Origin: Promethearchaeota archaeon
Lineage (GTDB): Archaea > Asgardarchaeota > Hermodarchaeia > Hermodarchaeales > Hermodarchaeaceae
NCBI GenBank assembly: GCA_048939245.1
Contig: JBHLPR010000026.1
Span: 1-31,693, forward strand
Reading direction: 5' to 3'
Length of the DNA: 31,693 nucleotides
Position numbers and translations under genes: made by a program. Shown here piece by piece: positions 8,924-17,837 of the stretch; positions within the stretch are counted from its first letter, which is position 1; every line of letters begins with the position of its first letter. Under the pieces are notes generated by a model. That model saw nothing but the letters and a program-made list of their open reading frames with translations, was not told the origin of the DNA and did no database searches.

Positions 8924-10690
8924 TTAGGGAAGGTACCAGTCTTCGTATAGGGGATCTTCAGTGCGATAGTAATCATCGAAATCTGGATATGGTCCGTTGA
9001 TGGTGTTGCCTTCGCTTGGTGCTGGCCAGTCAGTATAGGGAACTACGAGAATATAGGGGACATCGATCCCTGGCGCAGGGTCTCCAAATATGGTGGTTGA
9101 TTGCCAATCGTTAATGTGCCAGTCATTGGGGCCATAGGATTTATCATACATCCAGGGGTCATAATAAGCAAAGACGGGGTCGAGGTCCCATCGGGGTGGT
9201 GTTGGGGCTGAACTATATGGTTCAGTGTTGGTTGTGAGTGTAATATCGATGGTGACTGTTTTTCCGACGACATATTGGTCACTAGTATCGAAGAGTATGA
9301 TATCGAAAGAGCCCGAACCTGTTTTGTCAATACATGGCTCAGTTTCAGTGCCATAGGCGGCGTGGTCTCGTGCTATAGTATAGGTATATGCAGTGAGGGC
9401 ATCGAAGGTTCTGGTTATGTGAATGTCATGGTTGTCACCGGCTAAGTGTACCACTGACGTGAATTCTAGATGTATTGAATCAAGAAAGCCATTGGTATAG
9501 GTTTCGAGGACGTACATGTTCATGCCGAAGTCGTTGTAATCGAAGTCACCGCTGGTGCGGTCTTCATAGCCGATGTAAGCGTTGCCTTCTTCAGGAAATG
9601 TAACGATGTTCTGCCATTCATAGGTGATGTAGGTGGCCCAGTTCTTGCCAGGAAAGTCCTCGCCCTCACCCCATGCGGTCTCGGCCTGGTAGATGGGAGT
9701 GCATTCAAGTCCGACATCAATGAAGGTGACTTGGGCAACAATGGTCTGTTGGCCATCTATAGGCGCTAAGATGACCGCAATGGAATCGCCACATCCTGGT
9801 TCAAAGCCTTCGCCATTGGCATAAGCGGCTGCCAAGATTTCGTCGACTCTGCATTGACTCCAAGAATTAAGACCGGCTTCTGATTGTGCGTCCTCGATTA
9901 GTGTCCAAATAGCTCGTTGCACATCTCCATAGGTGTATGTTCCAGGGCATCCGAAAGATGGTTGACCCACGTAGGCTTGGTTTATAATCCAATTAACGAG
10001 ATCCAAGTTTTCAGGGTGCTCAATCAAACCTTCTGGTGGGAAATAACTGGAATAGACATATGCGGTATATTCGGTGTTCTGATTGATGGTATTGTCAGTA
10101 TCGGCACACCAGCCTTCGTAGGTTCCGCTCAGGGGTTCACCTGTAACAGTCGTCACGGGGAAGTAGGCTGGTCCACCGGCATAGGGATATTGGACACTCA
10201 TCGCCATCGTATCTGGTAGTGCATTACTGAGGTCCTCCATTGTCGGGGGTTCGTAGCCGATGATGCGCTGAACCACTGCATGTGCAGCAATTACGAGTTC
10301 AGCATCAGGGAGCCAGCTGAGAGGAATCATGTAGGTATACCCGGTGATACAGGGATCCCATTCATCTTTGTAGGTGAAATGTCCAGGGATGGGGTTACCG
10401 TTCTTCTGCGGGATAAGACTAGAATCGGTGGCAACCTCGAGGTGGGTTTCAGTGATGCACCATGGTTCATCGGTCTGATAATGAACATAAAGGAACTCCA
10501 AATCATTCCATATACTAACGTCACCGACATCGATTGCGGATTTGATATTGCCACCTCCCGCAATCAAGTTCACGATGAGGGGGTCATCTTCCATGTGGGC
10601 GGTCGTTAGTGGAATGAGTCCAGCGAATAGAAGAACAATAGCTACTCCTAGAAACACGGTTTTTCGTTTCAGCGTTAACTCCTCCCTCAA
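8924..10690 (-). CDS. secreted multidomain protein: signal peptide, split beta-rich domain, thioester-domain (TED)-like insert, LruC/DUF4842-like C-terminal domain
   Basis: Signal peptide KRKTVFLGVAIVLLFAGLIPLTTA; host-domain motifs LIAG..GNPIPGHF..AAHAVV and ETAW..GKNWATY; insert GWCAD, VQRAIW and GQQTIV; YEDRTSGDFDYND...PYILVVP..WPAPSE...PYPDF...DWY. The true start may be CTG 10672. Confidence 0.8.
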   Translation of the reverse strand: MREELTLKRKTVFLGVAIVLLFAGLIPLTTAHMEDDPLIVNLIAGGGNIKSAIDVGDVSIWNDLEFLYVHYQTDEPWCITETHLEVATDSSLIPQKNGNPIPGHFTYKDEWDPCITGYTYMIPLSWLPDAELVIAAHAVVQRIIGYEPPTMEDLSNALPDTMAMSVQYPYAGGPAYFPVTTVTGEPLSGTYEGWCADTDNTINQNTEYTAYVYSSYFPPEGLIEHPENLDLVNWIINQAYVGQPSFGCPGTYTYGDVQRAIWTLIEDAQSEAGLNSWSQCRVDEILAAAYANGEGFEPGCGDSIAVILAPIDGQQTIVAQVTFIDVGLECTPIYQAETAWGEGEDFPGKNWATYITYEWQNIVTFPEEGNAYIGYEDRTSGDFDYNDFGMNMYVLETYTNGFLDSIHLEFTSVVHLAGDNHDIHITRTFDALTAYTYTIARDHAAYGTETEPCIDKTGSGSFDIILFDTSDQYVVGKTVTIDITLTTNTEPYSSAPTPPRWDLDPVFAYYDPWMYDKSYGPNDWHINDWQSTTIFGDPAPGIDVPYILVVPYTDWPAPSEGNTINGPYPDFDDYYRTEDPLYEDWYLP

Positions 10691-10751
10691 ATTGAGGTGG
10701 TATTAATTGATAGACGTGGGATAAATAGTTTTCAATGGACTGGGAACAGGT

Positions 10752-10790
10752 TTGTTTGCATTCAAGGGGGTAGCCAATGAGTACAAACAA
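10752..10790. promoter_or_regulatory. inverted repeat in the divergent promoter region of the two secreted-protein genes
   Basis: ttgtttgcattca-N13-tgagtacaaacaa, 11/13 dyad. Confidence 0.4.
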
Positions 10791-10898
10791 GGAAGTGTTG
10801 GGTGGAATTTGCGTTGAAGGGGTTTTGGGCGTTTGAAAATGGAAGACTTTTCTAGGGGGAAGGATAAGAGGGGTAGCAAGGTTTCTTTGAGGGATATT

Positions 10899-13616
10899 AT
10901 GCAAATCTCTTCGAAAATTCGAATTGGAGTTGTATTGTGTTTCTTAGCGATTCTCTCGGTGAGCGTCTTTTTTTCCGTGGCTGCTCCTCCGGTTTCAGGG
11001 TCGGGGATTCCCACGCCTGGGAGCGGAGTTTATGCTGAGGATTTCGCTTCGACAACGCACTTGTTAACAGCCGATGCCTATGGTTGGGGTCTTGGGACCG
11101 TAACGGGTGATCGGGTAATTACGAACGGCCTCCTTGACACCTATGGTTCGGTGGGTCCGGTGATGGGCGTGGATACTCAGGGGCGCAAAGTCTATTTTGT
11201 CTCCTTTGGTAGCACTGCGGCAAGCAACAATATTCTCAATGTTACAGATCCGGCGAATCTTCAGCTCATGAGCTCGCGGAATTCGTTAAATGATCTTAGG
11301 TGTGCCCATATTGATGGTGACATCTTCTATGCAGGGCGGAACGTGGGTCTCGCCATGTATAATGTGAGTAACCCTTACAACTATGGTGGTACAGGAGTCT
11401 ATCTGGGATACGTCACTCTCGATGGGGTGGTTACCGATATTGATACCCAGGGACATGTTGTCTACTGTACAGCACGTGGGTCTGCAGGCTTTCGGTCCTT
11501 TAAAATGATTGATGTCGAAGATCCATATAATCCTCAGGTTATACCGAATTTCTGGGGGTCTGATTGGACGCTGGGCCTCGATATTGAGGGGCAACTGGCC
11601 TATTTGGCTGAAGATTATTGGGGACTCTATATCCTCAACATTTCCAACCCCTATCTAATCCAAGCATATGACTATGTCAATACACCCGGAAATGCCACCG
11701 ATGTACTCGTTGAGGGACCACTTGCCTATGTGGCTGATGGACCCAGTGGCATCCACGTCGTTGATGTCAGCGATCCCAATGACATCAGCATCTTAGGATC
11801 CTGCAATACACCAGGTAATGCCCGGCGATTAGCCCTCCAAGGGAAGACCCTCTTCGTCGCGGACGAGGATGGCGGGGTTCGGGTGATTGATGTCTCGGAT
11901 CCCACCCATCCAACAAACGTGACATCCATGAGTGCACCTATCGCCTATGATGTAGCCTTGTACGGGGGCATCTTAGTCGTTGGGACAAATCTCGGAGTTC
12001 AAACCTTCGAAATTGGAAACTATGTTACTACACTCGCGCCTCAAGGCAGCTTTTCAGGTGGCTATGAATTCTGGGACGTCAAAGTTCAAGGCGATGTTGC
12101 ATACATCGCTGCTGGCGAAGATGGACTAATCGCCTTGGATGTTAGCGATCCGGCAGCCCCGGTCTTTCTTGACTCTCATGTAACGACAAGTAACCGGTTT
12201 TACCGTAAACTCGATGTGCAAGGACATCTAGCCGTGGTCGCTGATTTCGGCCCAGGTGGCGGTGCACGAATCTACGACATCTCAGATCCAACCAACCTTC
12301 GTTACGTCGGAACTTGGTTACTCACTTATCCCACAGATATTGTAATCTATGGCGAGGTCATATTCGTTGCTGATGCTGTGGCAGGAGTTTATCTAGCTAA
12401 TATTTCCACCCCAAGTACACCTGTTATGATTGACGCATTTGATCTAGGGACAAGTAATGTGACTGGCTTAGCGGTTCAAGGGCATTTCCTCTACGCTGTT
12501 TCAACGACAACGAGTGCTGATGATACCTTTACCGTCTTTGATATTACCGATCTGAGTAATATCCAACCCCTTGATACAATGCTTGGTAGCTATTCACACT
12601 ATGATGTCTTCATCGATGGTGATTATGCTCTTGCCACAGAACTTGGAAACGCTCCCATTTGGAACGTCACGGATCCGAACGATATCACGACCACAGATGT
12701 GATAAATGGCGTCGTTGGTGAATGTCTGGGGTGCTGGGGTTTTGGACCTTACGCCCTCTTCGCTAATGGGAGCGCAGGGCTAATGCTCGTCGATGCCACG
12801 AATTTACAGAACATGCAAGTGGCTGACATTTATCTTCCTGCCTCCGGTGCTATTCAAGTGACAGTTCACGGCGATTACATCTATCTTGCTAATAAAACAT
12901 CACTGGTCATCTTTCGCCTCTTTGAAAGTACTGGTACAACTTATGTTACTGGCGCGTCCATGGCACAATCTGATGCCCTGTATGCATCCGTCAACTTCGT
13001 GTACGAAGCTACGCTGGATGTCACCACTTACGTTCCAACCGATACAAGCATCGCGTTTGAATTGACAGCCGATGGAGGTAATCACTGGGAGGCGGTTACA
13101 CCTGGGGTCTCACATAACTTCGCTCACCTAGGACACGATTTGCACTGGCGGGCGATCTTTACCACTAGTCGCAACGATCACAGTGCCCATCTCTATAACT
13201 TAACGCTCTCCTATACTTGGACTGTTCCCCCGTCAACACCAATCCTAGATGATCCTGGTGATTCTTCACTGGTAGGCGATATTACGGTTTCATGGGCTGC
13301 GAGCACTGATTCTGATGGCAGTATTGACCACTACGAGCTCCAAATGAGCGATAGTGCTAGTTTTACAACAATCCTTGACACCTTTACGCCATCTATGACA
13401 ACTTACGACATCACCGGTCTCGCTGCCGGTACCTATTTCTTCCGAGTCCGTGCTTTCGATAATAACGGTGCGTGGAGTAGTTGGAGTAGTGAAGAAGACA
13501 TTGCCATTGTTACACCACCCCCACCTGTTATTCCAGGATTTCCAATTGTTGCCGTCATCACGGGACTGATAGTTGCCATTGGCTTTGGTGTTCTCTTACG
13601 TCGTAGGAAGCGGTAA
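10899..13616 (+). CDS. LVIVD-repeat surface protein with FN3 domain and PGF-CTERM-type sorting signal
   Basis: Signal peptide; many repeats of the type AYVADGPSGIHVVDVSDP / LFVADEDGGVRVIDVSDP; FN3 motifs VSWAASTDSDGSIDHYELQ...YFFRVRAFDNNGAWSSWS; C-terminal PPPPVIPGFP-TM-RRRKR. ATG 10899 with GAGGGA RBS (track start 10833). Confidence 0.9.
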   Translation: MQISSKIRIGVVLCFLAILSVSVFFSVAAPPVSGSGIPTPGSGVYAEDFASTTHLLTADAYGWGLGTVTGDRVITNGLLDTYGSVGPVMGVDTQGRKVYFVSFGSTAASNNILNVTDPANLQLMSSRNSLNDLRCAHIDGDIFYAGRNVGLAMYNVSNPYNYGGTGVYLGYVTLDGVVTDIDTQGHVVYCTARGSAGFRSFKMIDVEDPYNPQVIPNFWGSDWTLGLDIEGQLAYLAEDYWGLYILNISNPYLIQAYDYVNTPGNATDVLVEGPLAYVADGPSGIHVVDVSDPNDISILGSCNTPGNARRLALQGKTLFVADEDGGVRVIDVSDPTHPTNVTSMSAPIAYDVALYGGILVVGTNLGVQTFEIGNYVTTLAPQGSFSGGYEFWDVKVQGDVAYIAAGEDGLIALDVSDPAAPVFLDSHVTTSNRFYRKLDVQGHLAVVADFGPGGGARIYDISDPTNLRYVGTWLLTYPTDIVIYGEVIFVADAVAGVYLANISTPSTPVMIDAFDLGTSNVTGLAVQGHFLYAVSTTTSADDTFTVFDITDLSNIQPLDTMLGSYSHYDVFIDGDYALATELGNAPIWNVTDPNDITTTDVINGVVGECLGCWGFGPYALFANGSAGLMLVDATNLQNMQVADIYLPASGAIQVTVHGDYIYLANKTSLVIFRLFESTGTTYVTGASMAQSDALYASVNFVYEATLDVTTYVPTDTSIAFELTADGGNHWEAVTPGVSHNFAHLGHDLHWRAIFTTSRNDHSAHLYNLTLSYTWTVPPSTPILDDPGDSSLVGDITVSWAASTDSDGSIDHYELQMSDSASFTTILDTFTPSMTTYDITGLAAGTYFFRVRAFDNNGAWSSWSSEEDIAIVTPPPPVIPGFPIVAVITGLIVAIGFGVLLRRRKR

Positions 13617-13647
13617 CCCTCTGCTTCCTCCTTCTATTTTTTTTATT
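13617..13647 (+). terminator. archaeal pyrimidine/oligo-T terminator
   Basis: ccctctgcttcctccttctattttttttatt directly after the stop codon. Confidence 0.55.
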
Positions 13648-13667
13648 CACATGGGCATTCAGAATAA

Positions 13668-13684
13668 GGGCAAATATTTTGCCC
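13668..13684. promoter_or_regulatory. palindrome upstream of the membrane protein/SDR operon
   Basis: gggcaaa-tat-tttgccc, perfect 7-bp dyad about 50 nt before ATG 13735. Confidence 0.35.
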
Positions 13685-13734
13685 GCTGCGATTAGGTTTG
13701 GGGTTTTTATTCTATGTTCTGGTAAAGTGCAAGC

Positions 13735-14130
13735 ATGAGTTTTCTTATTGACCCGTTTCTGTTAGTGGTGTGTGGGGCTATTATTGTGTGGTTACGGAAT
13801 CGATGGTTGTTTCGGTTGACACCGCATGTTACGAAGATTTTGGGAGGGCTGACAGTGGTGTTGTTCTGGGTGGTGGCGGGGTCATTGTATTTGAACTTGA
13901 GCTGGTTTGATGGGTTGTGGATTTGGACGGGGCGGGCGGTGACAGGGCGTGATTTCATGATTAATAGTGGTATCTTGGGGTTTGAATTTACTTACACGGC
14001 AGGTCTCATTGATGCGCTCGCACTGGTCTTGTTTGCCCTTTATCCGCTGTGGTTGTATTGTGGTGTTTTCATTGGCTACTTGTTGTTTGGTCGCCATGAG
14101 GGGCAAACGGGAATTGTGGGGTTATTGTGA
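13735..14130 (+). CDS. small hypothetical membrane protein (3 TM)
   Basis: 131 aa, hydrophobic, with a GRDFMINSG loop; GTGA overlap with the downstream SDR gene. Confidence 0.8.
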   Translation: MSFLIDPFLLVVCGAIIVWLRNRWLFRLTPHVTKILGGLTVVLFWVVAGSLYLNLSWFDGLWIWTGRAVTGRDFMINSGILGFEFTYTAGLIDALALVLFALYPLWLYCGVFIGYLLFGRHEGQTGIVGLL

Positions 14131-15155
14131 CTCTTGGAGACGGTAAATTGACGGAGTTGGCGTTGGTCACGGGGGCATGTGGGTTTGTGGGGAGCCACTT
14201 CATTGATGAGTTGCTCAGGGACCCGAATTATGCCGTTCGGGGTATGGATCTACCTAACGCGGATAGTTCATTTCTGAATCGTGACGCCGAATTCATGACG
14301 GGAGATTTACGTGAGCGGCAGACGCTTTCGCGTGTTGTCAAAGGAGTAGATGTTATTTTTCACGTGGCATCCTTATTTCGCTATTCGGCATCATGGGCGG
14401 ACTTGTACGCTGTCAATGTTGAAGGGACAAGAAATCTTTGTCAGGTTGCGATTGCTGCAGGTGTCTCGAAATTCGTCCTTATCAGTAGTGCTGGCGTGTA
14501 TGGTAAGCCTACCTCTCTACCAGTTAGTGAAACGGATCCGACGTATCCCTCAAATGACTATGAACGCTCGAAAGTTGAACAAGAACAGGCAGCCTTACAG
14601 GTATGTTCAGACAGTGATTTAGATCTGCTTATTCTTCGGCCGGCACCCATTTACGGTCCACGTAATCGCTATGGTATTGGGACTATTCTGCGAATGGTGG
14701 CGCTAGGTCAGCTTCCTATTCTCACTAAAAGCCTGAATACGTTGGTTCCGCTGGTTCATGTCAAAGATGTGGTTGGAGCCGCTTTGCACCTCCTATCAAT
14801 TCCTAATGCAGTGGGGCAAATCTATAATGTGGTGGATGATTCGACTTATCGCAAGTATGAGCTTTTTTCTCATCTTGCCCCGTTGCTGAAAGCGAAGATT
14901 TACTATACACGGCTTCCACTCCTTCCCCGCTGGCTTTTAAGCAGCTTAGCATCTTGGGCGGAGTGGAAAGCACGTAACCTCACGCATCAAGAACCCAAAA
15001 TCGAGTGTGCGACCATCGATTTGCTATTTCATGATTATCAGTATAGTAACTCTAAACTCAAAGCCACTGGTTACCAATTTTTTTATCCTGATCCTCTTTC
15101 TGGTCTTGAAGAGACAATTGAATGGTATAAGAAATATGGCTGGTTTCAACACTAG
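14127..15155 (+). CDS. extended SDR, NAD-dependent epimerase/dehydratase (3beta-HSD-like)
   Basis: ALVTGACGFVG, VIFHVAS, VNVEGTRN, ISSAGVYG, catalytic YERSK and LRPAPIYGP. Confidence 0.92.
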   Translation: MTLGDGKLTELALVTGACGFVGSHFIDELLRDPNYAVRGMDLPNADSSFLNRDAEFMTGDLRERQTLSRVVKGVDVIFHVASLFRYSASWADLYAVNVEGTRNLCQVAIAAGVSKFVLISSAGVYGKPTSLPVSETDPTYPSNDYERSKVEQEQAALQVCSDSDLDLLILRPAPIYGPRNRYGIGTILRMVALGQLPILTKSLNTLVPLVHVKDVVGAALHLLSIPNAVGQIYNVVDDSTYRKYELFSHLAPLLKAKIYYTRLPLLPRWLLSSLASWAEWKARNLTHQEPKIECATIDLLFHDYQYSNSKLKATGYQFFYPDPLSGLEETIEWYKKYGWFQH

Positions 15156-15327
15156 TTATTTACTTGGATTTGGTTGGGCACTTAAACTGAATTTGCTAGG
15201 TTTTTCATCGAAAATTATCCCAGAAGCCGATTTCCAGTCGTTTTCATCGGTTATTTAACTAGTAGATAAGACCAATATAAGAGATTTTACACTATTTTGT
15301 GTTATCTTGTGTTAGGAGGAACCAGTA

Positions 15328-15918
15328 TTGGCAACACCAAGTCAGACAGGTCGAAAATCTGAGGTGCTATGGGCCCTGCCTTATATTGTTGAGCTGGCTC
15401 AAGATGTCCTTACTGCAAAGGAGTATATCGAAGCCGAAACTACTGCGGTGTATTTGGTTCGTAGTAAAAAACTGAAGGAGGCAGCAATGCAACGGCTTCA
15501 AGCATTGGTAAAGCCTCCGCCAAAAAATCCCTTATCTGCAGCTCAAGAAGCCTTGAAGGGGTTACCCCGGTTTACTCGTGACGCTATCCAATATTTGGCT
15601 GAATATCTCGAGCTCCTCGTGCGTGCCTGGACCTTTGAAGTTACAGGTGAGGCTGCTACGAAAACACGATCATTGGGGAGTAATGTGCGAAAGTTGCAGC
15701 CCAAAAAATTAGGGCTTCCTCAGGATCTGGTGGATTATCTGAAGCGGTATAATTCCTTTGTCTTTACCCCCGCAAAACATGATTTCACCATCTTTAAGGG
15801 GCAACGACATCGCTTCTCTTCACGTGAAGCCGTTTTGTTGGCCTATGTCACCATGAAACTAGCAGAACATATCATGAAACTCTCTTCTGCCGCTCGATTA
15901 CAAGCCATCGCCTTTTAG
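15328..15918 (+). CDS. hypothetical helical protein, HEPN/DUF4145-like
   Basis: AGGAG RBS before TTG; pattern YLELLVR...RSLG...YNSFVFTPAKH...FSSREA. Confidence 0.6.
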   Translation: MATPSQTGRKSEVLWALPYIVELAQDVLTAKEYIEAETTAVYLVRSKKLKEAAMQRLQALVKPPPKNPLSAAQEALKGLPRFTRDAIQYLAEYLELLVRAWTFEVTGEAATKTRSLGSNVRKLQPKKLGLPQDLVDYLKRYNSFVFTPAKHDFTIFKGQRHRFSSREAVLLAYVTMKLAEHIMKLSSAARLQAIAF

Positions 15919-15928
15919 CATAATAGAG

Positions 15929-16585
15929 GTGGCCAACTTCGCAAATTATGATGACGAATTTCAAGAATCTCGGTTAGCTTGGGATCGGCAATACAAAAGA
16001 GGATATTTTCTGAACCAGCCAATTCAACATGAATTACCTGTGATTATTGACCAATTTAAAGCGCAGGGAATAAAGTATGTCCTTGATCATGGGTGCGGAA
16101 GTGGGCGGCATGTGCTCTATCTAGCTGAACACGGTTTTCGGGTCTTTGCCCTTGATATTGCTCCAAGCGGGTTTCGTTCAATTATCAACAAGCTCACCAC
16201 AAAGAAATTATCGAGCCAGAATGTCCTCGCAGATATCCTCTACCTTCCCTATGAAAATGAGTGCTTTGATGCAATTATCAGCGTACGTGTTCTTCACCAT
16301 AATCGAATCAATATAATAAGGAAGACCGTGGCCGAGATGTGGCGGGTCTTAAAGTCGGGAGGACTGGTATGGGTAACAGTACCGCTACCCAAGGATCACG
16401 GATCTAAGAATGGACAGGAAATTGAACCAGGTACATGGGTTCCCCATAAAGGAATTGAGAAAGGGCTTCCTCATCACTTGTTCACAGAAGATGAATTACG
16501 CGAACTTTTCCATCGGTTTTCAATTCTTCAACTGCGTATTGTTTCCTCAAGCCACTATTCCCTTCTTACACAAAAAATGCTGTGA
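15929..16585 (+). CDS. class I SAM-dependent methyltransferase
   Basis: Motif I VLDHGCGSGRH; LPYENECFDAIIS; RVLKSGG. Confidence 0.92.
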   Translation: MANFANYDDEFQESRLAWDRQYKRGYFLNQPIQHELPVIIDQFKAQGIKYVLDHGCGSGRHVLYLAEHGFRVFALDIAPSGFRSIINKLTTKKLSSQNVLADILYLPYENECFDAIISVRVLHHNRINIIRKTVAEMWRVLKSGGLVWVTVPLPKDHGSKNGQEIEPGTWVPHKGIEKGLPHHLFTEDELRELFHRFSILQLRIVSSSHYSLLTQKML

Positions 16586-16602
16586 GTAATAATCGCACTG
16601 AA

Positions 16603-17052
16603 TTATTCTAGAGGCTTAGAAGTATATCGTGGCGTGTTATTGCGAAACCAGGCTGGAACCCTGGCGCTATCAACTTTGTCAGAAAATGGCATGTACGGTT
16701 TAATATCGATTACTGGGGATTCATCGTAGGCATCAATTTGGTCAATAAAGATTCGATGAGCTTTTTGGTCGATTTTCTGTATCGCTACGATGGATAGCCC
16801 GATGGGAGTGGGACGCGCAGGAGAACGAGTGGCAAATACACCTGACCTTTCCGCATTCTCTTTCGGAGGATACCCTGCAAGGTTTGCTCGACTCGTTGGA
16901 TTATCACGTCCAGTAATCCACCATATGACGATGATATGAGAAAATTGATTCAATTGAAGCGTGGCGTCCCAGTATTCTGGTTTGATTTCAATGTATATGG
17001 AACCCTTCTCTGGTTTCCGGACATAGCCAACAGTGCTAGCGCAAAATTTCAT
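16603..17052 (-). CDS. tsaA: TsaA/TrmO (YaeB-like) SAM-binding protein, putative tRNA t6A37 N6-methyltransferase, single-domain form
   Basis: FSHIIVIWW, GVFATRSPARPTPIGLS and IDAYDESPVIDIKPY. Confidence 0.88.
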   Translation of the reverse strand: MKFCASTVGYVRKPEKGSIYIEIKPEYWDATLQLNQFSHIIVIWWITGRDNPTSRANLAGYPPKENAERSGVFATRSPARPTPIGLSIVAIQKIDQKAHRIFIDQIDAYDESPVIDIKPYMPFSDKVDSARVPAWFRNNTPRYTSKPLE

Positions 17053-17309
17053 GGGGCTAATAATCGCAGGTGTTCATAACAACCTTTCCACTGGACATAA
17101 GTTGAATTTCTTTTTTTTAATGAAGGGATCCATTTCTTACCAAACAATTTTGGAAGCCACCTAAGTTTCGCCTAGCTCTGGCTAGTCAGAGCCATGGAGT
17201 CGATTGTCCGTGTTATCGCATAACTATCGATAGAATTTTTATTATGCATAATTTTATCTGCATGGATTTGGAAACAGTTCATAAGAACTCCTCTGGAGGA
17301 CTCTTCATT

Positions 17310-17837
17310 ATGGCTGACGAAGGAACATCTTCAACCCTTGTCTTGATTGCCGCTGTGCTCCAGCTCATTTTCTTCTTTGTGCTAGCAGCAATAACCGCCT
17401 TAGTTACTTTTGTACTAACGGTGCTTCCTACTATTCCCCCTTCCTACCTACCACCAGACTTTCCCCCTTTAACTGAAGCAATGAATGTCATGTGGGGCGT
17501 AGCAGTCCAATTTATTGTCATGACGGTTTTTGCTCTTATCTTCAGCATTCTATGGTTCAGGTGGCGAAACGTTCCAAGCCAAAATAAAACCGGCTTGATC
17601 ATCACCGGTATTATTGCACTAATTATTACCGGCGTCATTCCTGGAATTTTAGCCCTTGTAGGCGGTGCCATCGCTTCAAAAGAACCAACCGCTATTCCCA
17701 CTTCACCTCCTGCTCCCCCATCAAAAACTCTGAAACCAGAAGCCCAAGTGGACGTGAAATATTGCTCATCCTGCGGAAATCCAATCAGTGATCCCAAAGC
17801 CCAATTTTGTGGCGTTTGTGGTGCAAGCGTAGACTAA
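17310..17837 (+). CDS. membrane protein with C-terminal zinc ribbon
   Basis: 3-4 TM segments, Pro-rich linker, KYCSSCG...AQFCGVCGA; ATG 17310 with GGAGGA RBS (track start 17244). Confidence 0.85.
   Translation: MADEGTSSTLVLIAAVLQLIFFFVLAAITALVTFVLTVLPTIPPSYLPPDFPPLTEAMNVMWGVAVQFIVMTVFALIFSILWFRWRNVPSQNKTGLIITGIIALIITGVIPGILALVGGAIASKEPTAIPTSPPAPPSKTLKPEAQVDVKYCSSCGNPISDPKAQFCGVCGASVD

Noticed and set aside
6900-13000. Recurring DNA similarities inside the two propeller genes as a CRISPR or tandem array
   Set aside because: They are degenerate protein-level repeats, with no identical direct repeats separated by unique spacers
5080-15155. B12 radical SAM plus SDR read as BchE/chlorophyll or hopanoid (HpnP/HpnA) biosynthesis
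   Set aside because: No chelatase, squalene synthase or cyclase in the window; the family-level similarity is generic
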